A DNA stretch of 64,000 nt from Octopus sinensis (Eukaryota). Below, in pieces: positions 48,271 to 61,426 of the stretch (the stretch's first letter is position 1; the number at the start of each line of letters is the position of its first letter). The position numbers and the translations under genes were made by a program. The notes beneath the pieces are model-generated. The model was not told where the DNA came from. It made no database searches and saw nothing but the letters and a program-made list of their open reading frames with translations. Location: assembly GCF_006345805.1 (NCBI RefSeq), contig NC_042998.1, positions 206,274,001 through 206,338,000 on the forward strand, given 5' to 3'.

Positions 48271-48757
48271 GCAGTCTTTTATAAGATGCAATAAAGGACA
48301 TTCTGGAAAAACCACATCATGTCACAGCTTCATGTTGATTGGTCATGTAATCACTATGATGGTTTGAATTTGGTGTCTGATTGATTATCTGGCATTTGAG
48401 GTTTCAAACCACCACCACCACCATCACAGTATCAAAACAGTTAATCTTAGGTCTGTAACCTGTGAACATAATTATTCTCATTTGATTGGTTCTGCTATGA
48501 ATTATCCTCAATGATTCACCTTTGTCATCTAACCTTCATTACATGCCTTACATAATTTTTAATTACTCTTCCTTTGTGTTTCTTTTTAATTGGAAGTCAC
48601 TCTCAACAATGGACGTTAGATGATGATAAAGAAGAAGGAAAAAACTTCAGAGTAAGATGAAGGGAAACCATGTGAGAAATGGATCAGGAAAACTTTGTGG
48701 ATATTCCACAGGATCAGCAGAATTAGGTTTAGCTTGAGAATTACTCTCTCACACATA

Positions 48758-50387
48758 CAGTGGCGGCCAAAATGTTCAGAACGGCATTGTTTTCGTCAGA
48801 AAAGTAGATATAATTTTTTATCAAAGTTGTTTTATATTCTATAATTTTCACAGACAATACATACGATATTATTTGTTATTGCCTGAGATTTTGGTGTAAT
48901 TTGAGAGGATAATACAAAAGTTATGGATGATTTAGTGATTTACTGCAAAACCCATGGCGGCCAAAATGATCAGAACGGTTGCTTTTACTCCGTGTTTTAG
49001 TATATTTAACCGGTGAACTCTAATGTTTTGAATTTGTTTACGTGACGGTTCGTTTACTAAACATTAGTAAGAATATTTGCAGTGTACTTTGTTAATATAA
49101 TGCCACTTACTCCATTACCCATTCGTCAGCAGATTATTAAGCTTCGAAGGAAAGATAATTTAAGTATTGGATCTATTGCAAAGATTGTTAGCAAGTCAAA
49201 AAGTGTTGTACACGGTATTCTTAAGGTCTACGATGATTGTGGTTCATGTGAAGCAAGAAAGTTTACAGGTAGGCCAAGAAAAACGACCAAGAGCGAAGAT
49301 CGTGCTATGGTAAAGTTGGTTAAAAAGGACAGATTTAAAACTGCTGCTGCTGTTTCGCAGAAAATGAGCATTGTATTGAAGAAAACTTTATCTCGAAAAA
49401 CTGTGTCTCGTCGTTTAGTTGAACATGACCTACAAGCAAGAGCACCTGCAGTGAAGCCACTGATCAGCTCCAAGAATAAAAAGTGTCGTCTTACCTTTGC
49501 AACCGAACATGTGTTGTGGTCTCAAGAAAAATGGCAAACGGTGCATTTCAGTGATGAATCTAAGTTTATGTTATTTGGCTCAGATGGGAAAAGGTACATT
49601 CGTCGAAAAGTAGGTGAAAAATTGTCGCCTAAATGCCTTAAGACTAGTGTTAAATTCGGTGGAGGAAGTGTCATGGTTTGGGGGATGATATCTGGAGATG
49701 GTGTGGGGCCCTTTGGTGCGATTACATGGAAAGGTAAATGCAGGAGTTTATAAACAACTTGTAAAAGATCATGTCTTGCCTGTGCTGAGAAATTCAACTA
49801 AGCGACCACCCATATTCATGCAGGACAATGCCCCATGTCACAAGGCTAAGGTGGTCATGAACTTCCTCAAGGCTGAAAAGGTTATTGTTATGGATTGGCC
49901 TGCTCAAAGCCCAGATCTCAATCCTATTGAAAATGTATGGAATATTCTAGGAGAACGTTCGAAAGCCAGAAATCCTAAAACAACTGAGCAATTATGGAAT
50001 GCCCTTCAGGAAGAATGGAATAAGATCACCCAGCAAGAAATTGAAAATTTAATTTCCTCATGCAGTCGAAGATGTCAGAGTGTGATTGAAGCTAAAGGGC
50101 TTCACACTAAATATTAAATAATTCCAGTATTCTCTGTCATTTTTGATTATTTTGTTATTTTTTCAACCATTCTGATCATTTTGGCCACCATGGGTTTTGC
50201 AGTAAATCACTAAATCATCCATAACTTTTGTATTATCCTCTCAAATTACACTAAAATCTCAGACAATAACAATTAATATTGTATTTATTGTCTGTGAAAA
50301 TTATAGAATATAAAACTACTTTGATAAAAACTTATACTTACTTTTCTGACGAAAACAATGCCGTTCTGAACATTTTGGCCGCAACTG
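48758..50387 (+). mobile_element. Full-length Tc1 transposon (1630 bp), IR/DR type, TA target duplication
   Basis: TA|CAGTGGCGGCC...GGCCGCAACTG|TA. TIRs of ~224 bp (48758-48981 and 50164-50387), each with outer and inner GGCGGCCAAAATG(T/A)TCAGAACGG-type direct repeats. Confidence 0.96.
49100..50117 (+). pseudogene. Tc1 DD34E transposase with a single +1 frameshift near 49710
   Basis: HTH plus GRPRKT, HFSDESKF, FMQDNAPCH, SPDLNPIENVW; 34 residues between the second D and E. ORFs 49082..49753 and 49698..50117 join at GVGP/LVRLHG. Confidence 0.93.
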
Positions 50388-50468
50388 TATTCTTTTACTT
50401 GTTTCAGTCATTAGACGGCAGCCCGTGCTGGGGCACCACCTCTTTAAGAATAATTGAAGATAACTCAC

Positions 50469-50582
50469 CAGTTTGAGCTTGCTGTCCAGGCTGTGGTATC
50501 ATCAGTAATCCATGGATTGGATGGATGAGGAGGACAAAAGAATGGATCAAAATCATGATATTGGTCTACCCGATTCTGATAA
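50469..50582 (-). CDS. R7-family RGS, GGL-domain C-terminal exon: YQNRVDQYHDFDPFFCPPHPSNPWITDDTTAWTASSN(C)
   Basis: Not in the ORF track; found from the GGL motif DPF..P.PSNPWI.DDT..W. Acceptor CTTGTATTTTACAG, donor GTGAGT, 114 nt, phase 2-2; splices in frame to 46274. Confidence 0.92.
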
Positions 50583-50644
50583 CTGTAAAATACAAGAAAA
50601 TCTCATTAATTCTATAAAACAAAAACAAAAAGCAAAAACAAAAA

Positions 50645-51230
50645 ACCATTCATTGTTCGACCGTGGTTGAGACAATGGAATTCACCACGCTACGCCAGAC
50701 ATCACGGTCTATCATAGCATTACGGAGGTCCTGTTGCTGGATGCCTGTATCCCTGGAGATTACATCAGGGTAGGAGAGTGTGCGCCCTCTGGTATCGCGA
50801 GCAGATGGCTTCCAGAGGAGAAGAGTAGAAATTACCTCGTTTTCAGCTCTACAACAATGTCCAGCAAACTGGACTCTTCTACCTTTCACAAGAGATGATA
50901 CAGGTGGTAATTTCCCATATATTTGTACTTTGGTTGGATGACGCTTCCACGAGAGATTTTGAGCTCTCATAAGGAGGCGAGTGTAAGTTCCATCCAACCA
51001 CCTCTCAAGCTTCTTTGATAACGTCCAGGCTTCTGAGCCATAGAGTAGAATTGGTTCGACTGTGGCTTTGAAGATTTTAAGTTTGAAATCTCTACTTAGA
51101 TTTGATGACCAGATCTTATGCATATAATTACAGGCTGACCAGGCCATACCGTTTCTAGTTAGAAAATCTTTTCCAGATGATGATATGTATGACCCAAGAT
51201 ATTTGTAATCAGAAACCATATTTAAGAGCG
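50645..51230 (-). mobile_element. 5'-truncated RTE/RTEX-type LINE, RT C-terminal region
   Basis: DYKYLGS...KIFKATVEPILLYGSEAWTL...LDGTYTRLL...FAGHC.R...DRDVW (ORF 50650..51288). Confidence 0.88.
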
Positions 51231-51752
51231 AATTGTTGAGAGTATGGATGATGAAAACAATATTCCACTGAGTGATAAATGATATCAAATGTATGGACTG
51301 GTAGATTCTGTTTACCTTAACTTCTTATATATTTGAACTTTGTCTCTCTCTACTCCAGCCCCAATTGAGGGGTCATTTTTGTTAGTTTTTCGAGTTAATT
51401 GATGACCTTACTGGTATCAGTGTCATAAAAAAAAAAGCTCAGTCCACTCTGAAAAGCAGTTGACATGAAAAAGGGCATCCAGCCGCACAAACCATACCAA
51501 AGCAGACAGCAGAGCCTGATGAGGTTCTTAGGTCCATGAGATTCTGTCATGCCAGCATGGAACATGGAGACTAAAAATAATGATGATGATGGTGTGTGTG
51601 AATAAATAATATGGGTGGCTTATTAATTAGCAATTTCACAACCTAAAGGCAAATTTATAGACATCACCAAAGTGATAGAGGGTACTAAGTGGTACTGGCA
51701 TTGTTAGAAATGAGTCAAGCAACTCAATAACCATAGAAGCACTATCTTAATG

Positions 51753-51785
<33 letters not shown>

Positions 51786-51798
51786 ATATATATATATA

Positions 51799-52108
51799 TA
51801 CTCTTTTACTTGTTTCAGTCATTTGACTGCGGCCATGCTGGAGCATCGCCTTTAGTCGAGCAACTCGACCCCGGGACTTATTCTTTGTAAGCCCAATACT
51901 TATTCTATCGGTCTCTTTTGCCGAACCGCTAAGTGACGGGGACGTAAACACACCAGCATCGGTTGTCAAACAATGCTAGGGAGACAAACACAGACACACA
52001 AACACACACATACATATATACGACAGGCTTCTTTCAGTTTCTGTCTACCAAATCCACTCGCAAGGCATTGGTCGGCCCGGGGCTATAGCAGAAGACACTT
52101 GCCCAAGA
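51799..52108 (-). mobile_element. SINE family A, head truncated
   Basis: Near-identical to 56357-56760. Confidence 0.85.
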
Positions 52109-52229
52109 TATATATATATATGTAATAATAAAGAGTAAAATTAATTCATTAATTAACCAATTAATAATTTTACCAAGTAGTTCGGTACCTTAAAATAACC
52201 TTTTTTTAGGTAAAATTATACAAAATATT

Positions 52230-52550
52230 TTATAATTATAAACATAATTATAATCAGAGGTCAGCTAATTGCTTCACCATGCATCGAATTTAGAAATAGG
52301 AGTTAAAATGTATTTTCTGCTACTATAGAGATCTCCCAGTTAGTAACACACGTTTTTTATATAGGCAAAAAGAGAAAATAACGAGTCCGCATGACTCAGA
52401 TTAGCTACATACACGTTTCGGGATTAAAGTAAAGTAATATTGGGAGATCTCTATGGTGACAGAAAAGCTATTTTAACCCCTATTTCTAAATTCAGTGCAT
52501 GGTGAAGCAATTAGCTGACCCCTGATTATAATAATGTTTTATAATTATAA
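52230..52550. mobile_element. Inverted-repeat element, ~108-bp arms and ~102-bp spacer
   Basis: TCAGCTAATTGCTTCACCATGCA..GAATTTAGAAATAGG...TATAGAGATCTCCCA versus TGGGAGATCTCTAT...CCTATTTCTAAATTC..TGCATGGTGAAGCAATTAGCTGA. Confidence 0.8.
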
Positions 52551-52885
52551 TTTTATATATATACATACACACTGTAAAGTGGGTGGTGTTAGAAAGGGCA
52601 TCCAGTCATAGGGGGCCATGCTAAAGTTGATATTTGGAGCATGATGCAGCCCTTGGACCCATCGAGTCCTGTCAAACTGTGCAATCCATGGCAACAGGGA
52701 AGACAGACCTTCAATGATCATCAGGTATTGAGGTTTTTAAAGACAAGCTGTTTACACTGGAATGACGACTACAACTATTGCTAGAACAACAATGTTGAAA
52801 TGAAATCTCAATGGGAAACATTTGTGGTTATTAGAATTTCATTACTTCAACAACCACCATCATCATCATCATCATCAACACCATC

Positions 52886-53037
52886 AGGCTTGGTTGTGCA
52901 GTAAGAAGTTTACTTTTCAACCTCAGGCTTCCAGGTTCAGTCCCACTGTATGGCTGCCTAGGCATGTGTCTTCTACTATAGCCTTGGGCTGACCAAAGCC
53001 TTGTGAGTGGATTTTGTAGATGGAAACTGAAAGAAGC

Positions 53038-53085
<48 letters not shown>

Positions 53086-53272
53086 GTGTGTGTGTCTGTC
53101 TCCCACAAGTGCTTGACAACTGGTGTTGGCGTGTTTTTGTCTCTAACTTAGTGATTCAGCAAAAGAGACCGATAGAATATGTACCAGGCTTTACAAAAAG
53201 TACCAGAGTAAAATTCTTCAAGGCTGTGCTCCAGCATGGCCACAGGCTAACGACTGAAACAAGTAAAAGATA
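52886..53272 (+). mobile_element. SINE family A (diverged)
   Basis: Head, central (AT)n and tail are recognisable. Confidence 0.78.
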
Positions 53273-54638
53273 AAAGATTCCCATCACACAAATCATCATT
53301 ACCATCATCATCATCACCATTATCATCTGTGCCATCATACAACTGTCACCTGCAACCTCTACCAGCACATTAAAATCATGATGATGATGATGCCATTATT
53401 AATGAGTGCTAACAGCTTCAGGGATCCTGTCCTCTTTATTTCTGACACACCCATAAAACTACTTCAACCAATATTATCAGATCTCCAGAGGAGATTTGAA
53501 TGTTGTTGTTGCTGACATCATCTTCATCATCACCGTCATTGTTGTTCTTGTCTTAACACACTTTATTCCTCCCCAACCAGATCGTGAATTAAGCTCCTCT
53601 GCCATTCACCATAACGTCACTCATCTCAATTCTATGACTTAACCATTTCTTTGTAGATCCACACACAACACACACACCCTTTTCACCCATCTTCAATTTA
53701 AGTCATGCATGCAACTATCAATGGAGTTGTCTTGAGCAAGATCTTTAACCCATTAAGTCCCACTGTCCTATAAATAGAACATTGAATAAGCTATATCACA
53801 TTGTCTCCGTGTCCTATTTATAGGACACCGATTATTTCCATTTCTGGATGCCCTACCTAATGCCAACCACTCCGTGAGTGTAGTGGGTGCTTTTTACGTG
53901 CCACCCGCACATGTGCCAGGCGAGGCTGGCAACGGCCATGGTCAGATTGGTGCATTTTACGTGCCACCGGCACGGAAGCCAGTCGAGGCGGCGCTGGCAT
54001 CGGCCACGATTCAGATAGTGCTTTTTACGTACCACCAGTCCAGGGGTCCTGGCATCTGCCGGGTGCCAGTCATAGGAATGGTTCAATTTCGATTTCGTTT
54101 TCACTTGCCCCAACATGTCTTCGCAAGCAAAGGGGGTGATATAAAATATGATGGGCTTGTTTCAATTTCTATCTACCAAATCCACTCCCAATGCTTTGGT
54201 CAGCCCAAGGTTATAGTAGAAGACAACTTGGCCAAGGTGCCACACAGTAGGACTGAACCTGGAACCATGTGGTTGGGAAGCAAGACTTCTTACCACACAG
54301 CCACGCCTGTGCCTGGATGTATAGAAATAAATTTTTTACACACACACACCTTACTTGTATGCCAGCAAATGTTTGCCCTGGTGTCACAATGGATGTTTTT
54401 ATATAACTATATAATAGATATATATATATACGTGCATACAACATTGTTTATTTATATCTAGGTTTACATGAACTATTATGTATACAAAAATATCAACCTA
54501 GACATGAGTATATATATATCATCATCATCATCGTTTAACGTCCGCTTTAAACGATGATGATGAAGATGATATATACTCATTTCTAGATATAATTACATCA
54601 CACACGCATGTACTTTATACATTGTCATAATTAAGGGG

Positions 54639-54671
<33 letters not shown>

Positions 54672-56356
54672 CACGTACATGAATATATGAAAACAGATGT
54701 ATACATGTATATATTTATGTGTGTGGATACGAATTATGTATACATATATTTTTACACACACACACACACATATAGTTATACACATGCATGAGTATATACG
54801 TACAAAATGTATTTATTTTCACGAAGACGAAGACGCATAAGCACATGTTTTAATCTTGGTTCCATCTTGACACACTTAGAAACAATGAAACAGAAGCACC
54901 GACCAATACCAGATTCTTCAGAGTTGCTTTGTGAGTGAAAAATAAGATTATAAGTTGTCGGCGGCTGATGCAAATGGCCCCCCCCCCCCCTTCCTCTCGG
55001 TCATTTTTTTCTTCTTCCCCCCTTCTTACCCCCTCTTCATCCCTTTCACACCATATGTGTGTTTGTGCGTGTGTGTTTTCTTTATCGTGTCTACCATCTC
55101 CTGTTGAGAGTAGTGACTTAGTAAAGTATGCCTAATATATAATTGATATATCAGGCCATGATTTATGTGCCCAGAGGAAGGAGCGGGGGGGGGGAGAGGA
55201 AGGTTTTCTTCTATGAACACAGAGAAATATCTTTGCTTGAAAGTCTGTAACTATGCACAATTGCACACACACATGTAAATGCACGTGTGTGTGTGTGTGT
55301 GTGTGTGTACTGACAGATAGATATGTATCTGTTATGTACAACAGAAGTAGTATATTAGATTAAAATAACCACCAGTGTATCATACTTAATGTAGATACAT
55401 TGTGAAAGGCAAATTAATTGTGGAATCCATCCAGAAATAATCTCATATGGACATTGGAGACCCCCTTCAGTCACGAATGACCATGGGATTGCACCTAGAA
55501 AGTTACCCTCCGAGGCACAAGTTTGGGCAAGGTTGTTTATGGAAGGCCAGCAGTCGCCCATGCATACCAGCCTCCCTTCTCCATGCCACCAATGTTATCC
55601 AAGGGAAAGGCAACGGCCGATAAATGTAGGTAACAATTTATAAAACAAGATGGGATGAACAGATTTTAATCCCAACAATTATTTCTGTGCATTGGTAACA
55701 GCTGGTAGTTGCTGAGTTTTCCATATACTATTACATAAAATATTATATAAATAATTACATACATAAATTTGATCCAATGATGGCATATGGTAGCTGGTAA
55801 AGGTATGAGATTTGAAATGCATGTTACGAGGCCGATGATAGTACCGCCTGATTGGCACTGGTGTCAGTGGAATGTTAAAAGCACATCTGAGCGTGATTGT
55901 TTCCAGGGCCACAGATTGGCTCCCATACCGGTGGAATGTATAAAGCACCATTCGAGCGTGATTGTTGTCAGCGTCACCTTACTGGCACATGTGCCAGTGA
56001 CACGTGAAAAACAACATTCGAGCATGGTCGTTGCCAGTGCTGCCGGACTGGCTCCCGTGCAGGTTACACGTAAAAAATACCTTTTGAACGTGGAAGTTAC
56101 CAGAACCACCTGACTGGCCCTCATGCTGGTGGCACATAAAAGCACCCTTTTACACTCTCAGAGTGGTTGGTGTGAGGAAGGGCATCCAGCTGTAGAAACT
56201 TTGCCAAGTCAGATTGTAGCCTGGTGCAGCTGTTGGCTCACCAGTCCTCAGTCAAACTGTCCACCCCATGACAACATGGAAAGTGGACTTTAAACGACAA
56301 TGATGATGATAAACATACATGATGATGGCTGTCCACTCATGACCAAGCAAAACCAT

Positions 56357-56760
56357 TACTCTTTTACTTGTTTCAGTCATTTGACTGCGGCTATGCTGGA
56401 GCACCGCCTTTTTTTAGTCGAGCAAATCGACCCCGGGACTTATTCTTTGTAAGCCCAGTACTTATTCTATTGGTCTCTTTTGCCGAACCGCTAAGTGACG
56501 GGGACATAAACACACCAGCATCGGTTGTCAAGCAATGCTAGGGGGACGAACGCAGACACACAAACACATACACACACACACATATATATATACATATATA
56601 CGACAGGCTTCTTTCAGTTTCCATCTACCAAATCCACTCACAAGGCATTGGTCGGCCCGGGGCTATAGCAGAAGACACTTGCCCAAGATGCCACGCAGTG
56701 GGACTGAACCCGCAACCATGTGGCTGGTTAGCAAGCTACTTACCACACAGCCACTCCTGC
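56357..56760 (-). mobile_element. SINE family A, full length
   Basis: Reverse complement of the 46903 copy. Confidence 0.87.
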
Positions 56761-59631
56761 TCCTTTACTGACCTTTAGGAACATTTTGCACTCAAGACTG
56801 CCTTATACTTTACACTTGTGGCTATGTTGGTGACTAACGAGCCCTGCTCTTGACAAAGGACACACATTTTTAGAGGTGGTGTAGAAGTTTTCATCTACCA
56901 AATGCACTCACAAGGCTTTGGTCGGCTCAAGGCTAAAGTAGAAGGCACTTGCCCAAGGTGTCACACAGTGGGACTGAACCCGGAACCATGTGGTTGGGAA
57001 GCAAACTTCTAACAGTACCGAGGCAAAATATCCTCAAATCTTACAAGTTGTTCACTTACTGCATGATTGAATGTTGTGTAATGCTGAATGAAACCTAAAA
57101 GGTGCAGATCCATGCCTTGACCAAAAGCATCCTTTCAGCTATGCCTACCTCATCTGGGACTACTTGTAAGATATGCTTCAAGGGAGATTTGGCTGCTATA
57201 TCTAGTATGTTGAATAACTAAATAAAGCAATGGTTGTAGACAAGAATTCTGAGAGGTCAGGTTACGTAGCCGGAACAAGTGGCTGGGCAAAGAAGGAGAA
57301 CAATTTTAATGTCTTGTACTTGGGATAGCAATTATTTAAGTGAATCTAATTAAGAAAGCTGCTTCCTCTTTTAACAATTAGCTCATTGACAGACACTCTT
57401 GTCATCAATTCATATAGAAATATTGTAGGTGGGAGTGTATGCTACATGGAGCAGTGTGGGTTCGTACGATTAGGTAATGTATCATGTCATCTGCTATACA
57501 TCAGTCACTGACTTTATATCACCAAACGCATTGGTATGTCCATGCTCACACACACACACACACACAAATACATACATACCCATAAAAACATACATGCAGT
57601 CACATGTGTGTATATAGGGCGGGTGTCCTAATATATGCACACACATACACACGTATAAATACTAGATTGAACTAAATTTTAAATATTTTGTTTTCCGTTT
57701 CTTTGAAGTTAAAACGATGAACAACTTTAGTACAACTTAAAATATATGTTCTTCGTCATCATGCTTACATCCTTGTTGTGGGTCGACTAGGTCCGTATCA
57801 GCACAGAATCTCACCACTTATGGTTCTTTGTCATCTCTTTCTGTGAAACCCAGCGTCATGAGATCAGATCTAATCAATTTTTCCCACTACTTCAGTCTCC
57901 CTCAATATGTTCACAAGTAGCAGCAGCATAAGTAGTAGTAGTATAAACAGTGATGAGTACTCAATACATGAAATAGAGTATAGTTATAATTGAAGTTGAC
58001 TCCACCCCCCACCCCTCGCTGGCAAGAAATTTAAACATAACAGAAAACAAATGAACTTTAGCAATAATACAGCTGTACGAGTTTCCACATTTGGAATTTT
58101 CTGTGGTAAAAATTAAAGGTTATATTTTATTTATATTTTTATCTTATACTTCTTTCAATCATTGAACTGCAGCCATGCTGGAGCACCACTTTGAATGATT
58201 TCACTCCCTCCAGTATTCAATTTCCCAAATCTGATACTCTACTGGCTTCTTTCACCCAACTGCTTAATTACAGGGTCATAAACAAACCAACAGTGGTTGT
58301 CAGTTGATGAGAGGTGGGGACAAACACAGATGTAAAGACTCACACACACACACACACATATATATATAATGGGCTTCAACATAGTTTCCATCCACCAAAC
58401 ACACAATCATTGGTTGGCCCAGGGCTATAGACACTTGCCCAAGGTGCCATGTGGAGGGACTGAGCCTGGAACCATAAAGTTCAAAGCAAGCATCTTTAAC
58501 AGCCATTCTTGTGTTTTAAATAATGACAGAGGCAAAGAGGCAGAGTTCCTTTCGAGCATTGGGATTCACGGAGGCAAGGTGGCCGAGTTCCTGGAGCTCA
58601 CAGAGGCGAGGTGGCCAAGTACCTTTCGAGCACTTGGGCACATGGAGGTGAGGTGGCCAAGTTCCTTTCAAGCGCTGGGCCAAATGGCTGAGTCCTTTTT
58701 GAGTATTGAACCTCATGAAGACAATGACTGTGATCATTGCCTTATTGGCACACATGCTGGTGGCACGTGAAAAAGAACATGTGAGTGTGGTCATTGCCAG
58801 TGCCGCTGGACTGGCTCCCATGCAGGTGGCACATAAAAAACACCTTTTGAGCATGGTCGTTGCCAGTACCTCCTGACTGGCCTTGTGCCTCGGTGACACA
58901 CAAAAGCACCCACTACATTCGCAGAGTGGTTGGCGTAAGGAAGGGCATCCAGCTGTAGAAATTTTGCCAGATCAGATTGGAGCCTGGTGCAGCCTTCTGG
59001 CTCACCAGTCCTTAGTCAAACCATCCAACCCATGCCAGCATGTTAAGCAGACGTTAAACGATGATGATGATCATGATCATACTCCATCATTCAGTTCAGA
59101 CTGACATTGTTGATGCTTTCAAAATTCAGTTGGTATTACCGTTTTTGCTAGAAAACATATCAGAATGCTTGCGACTGTGGGAGTGTATAAAGGCAGTATG
59201 TCTTTAAAATCAACTAAACATCATCTGAATGCCTGTAGGCATTATATGATTATCTGTGTGTGATTTTATATGCATGTCTCCCTAGGCTATTTGTGTTCCA
59301 TACAACCTAAAATTATGTATGTATGTATTTTGCACAAGGATGTTTGTGTGTGAGAATCCAGTAAAACCAACAAATCAGAAAAGGGAAACCTCAAAAGCAA
59401 GCTGCTATCACATCATGGGTAACATTTCATTGGAAAAGTCTAGGCTTCCTGTTGCAAAATGATTGATGATGATGATGGTAATGATGTATGTATATTCACA
59501 CACATAATTATCAAAATTTTTATATTTATTGTCAGAGGTGTCTGTTATCATTTAACGTCTGTGTTCCATGCTGGTATGAGTTGGATGGTTTGACAGGTTC
59601 TGGCAAGGCTGAGGGCTTTGTTGCTATACAG

Positions 59632-59986
59632 CAGTGGCCCCCAACCTTTTCACAGTGGTTCTCAACCCTTCTATTTGAATGATTTTCCCCATGGACCCCT
59701 TTTGCTGTGCTTATCTTTATATATATAGTTGGAATTTACAAAAATATTAACAAAAGACGAAGACGGATGTGTAAACAACAAACAGATGTATTAGTTTAAT
59801 GCTCAGGAAGTGAGAAAGTCTTTTACATTTCAAGCCTATGCTCTTTGACAGAAAGGAACACAGAAATAAACAGGGAGAGAAAATAGAAAAAGGTTTAATG
59901 GCTAGTGATTGAATTTGATTTACGGACCTTCAGTACTGTTTTTGTGGACCACTAGAGGTCTGCAAACCCTAGGTTGGGAATCACTG
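59632..59986. mobile_element. hAT-type MITE nested in a family C copy
   Basis: TIRs CAGTGGCCCCCAACC / GGTTGGGAATCACTG; 8-bp flanks CTATACAG and GTATACAG (7/8 match). Confidence 0.68.
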
Positions 59987-61280
59987 GTATACAGTGTCTG
60001 GTTTGGCAAGGTTTCTACAGCTGGATGCCCTTCCTCACACCACCCACTTTACAGTGTGCACTGGGGGCTTTTTATGTGTCATTAGCAGTAGTGATATCAC
60101 CAAGTGATTCACAAGATGAGACCCCTTGACAGAGTGGGAGTGCAGTATTGAGGGAGGTGGCTTTGTGACAGGTGTAGGAATATGGGACTGGGATAGGTGT
60201 CTTGCTGTAGAGGAAATACTTGAGTAACCAAGCAGGAAAGGGAAAAATGATGATGGTGGTGGTGGTGATGATGGTATCAGGGCCTACCCTCGAGGTACAA
60301 GAGAGAGAGAGAGAGAACTGGGACACACAACTGAGGGTGGCAGGATGGAGAGGTAGGACTATGAGAGTGTGGAAGAACAACAGAGAGTAGAGATGAGGAC
60401 AAAAGTGGAAGCTGCGAATCTCAGTTTGTGGGTAGTGGAAGGGAAATAGGAGTGGGTCATAGATACATGAAAGAAAGTGGTGATTTTCTGTGCTCAAGGA
60501 GACCCATCGAATTTGGTAAAAACGAGATTCTCAAAGCATGTCGTCAATTTCTATATGCAACTCATATGGATATTGTAGTTGTGATACCCGTGCCGGTGGT
60601 AGGTAGGGCCTCACAGTGGACATGACGGAGACTGAAACCCCTGAGATATGCTGTGACTGTGAAGACCCGACAAATGAAGTGAGTTCATGGCTCGCAGGAC
60701 GGCCTGCTGTGCTAACCTTGGATCATAGAGTGACCCGCTGTTCTTGGGGAGACCTACTGAGTCAAGTACGTCAATACCAACATCAAAATAAAAATCAAAT
60801 GGAATATTGCTTTGAAAATCATAAAGAAACAGGATAACTACAGACAATTGCTTTGAAACTTCCAGCTTCTATATTCAGATTATAAATTTACATTTGCACC
60901 AATAATAATTTGTGCACTTTGTTTTGTTAGTGACTGCCTAAGTGACAATCTGGATAAGCTGAGGTTGTCAGAGAAAGAAATCAACCAGCTAACATTTCAT
61001 TACAAATACAATCTGTAAATAGAACAGTAAAAATATACAAGACTATTCTGAAGTTCAGCATGTGACATTGTCTTTGTTATCTACATTCCAACGATGGAAT
61101 TTTATAGCTTTATTAGAAACCAACTCCTTCCTTACAGGAGGACTTCAAATAATTAAAAATAGAAGAGAACATACAACACACACACACACACACATATGTA
61201 TATATCTACAAACATATATTAATTTAAAAGCATATACACAAACATGCATTTATGTAAACAGGTATTTATACACACAAATC

Positions 61281-61326
<46 letters not shown>

Positions 61327-61426
61327 ATATATAATTGATATAGGATAAAATTTTTTTCGGCAAAAAATTTTTATCAATGGCCAGCATATCAAAAAATGCC
61401 TTTAAAGGTAAAATTTATACATAATT

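Noticed and set aside
59790-59860. Minus-strand GAGCATAGGCTTGAAATG as a hammerhead ribozyme
   Set aside because: Core boxes are mutated (no CUGANGA, GAAAU) and no stem I can be formed.
60990-61015. TTTACAG|ATTGTATTTGTAATGAAATG as the missing first GGL exon
   Set aside because: The frame stops after IVFVMKC, and no matching donor was found.
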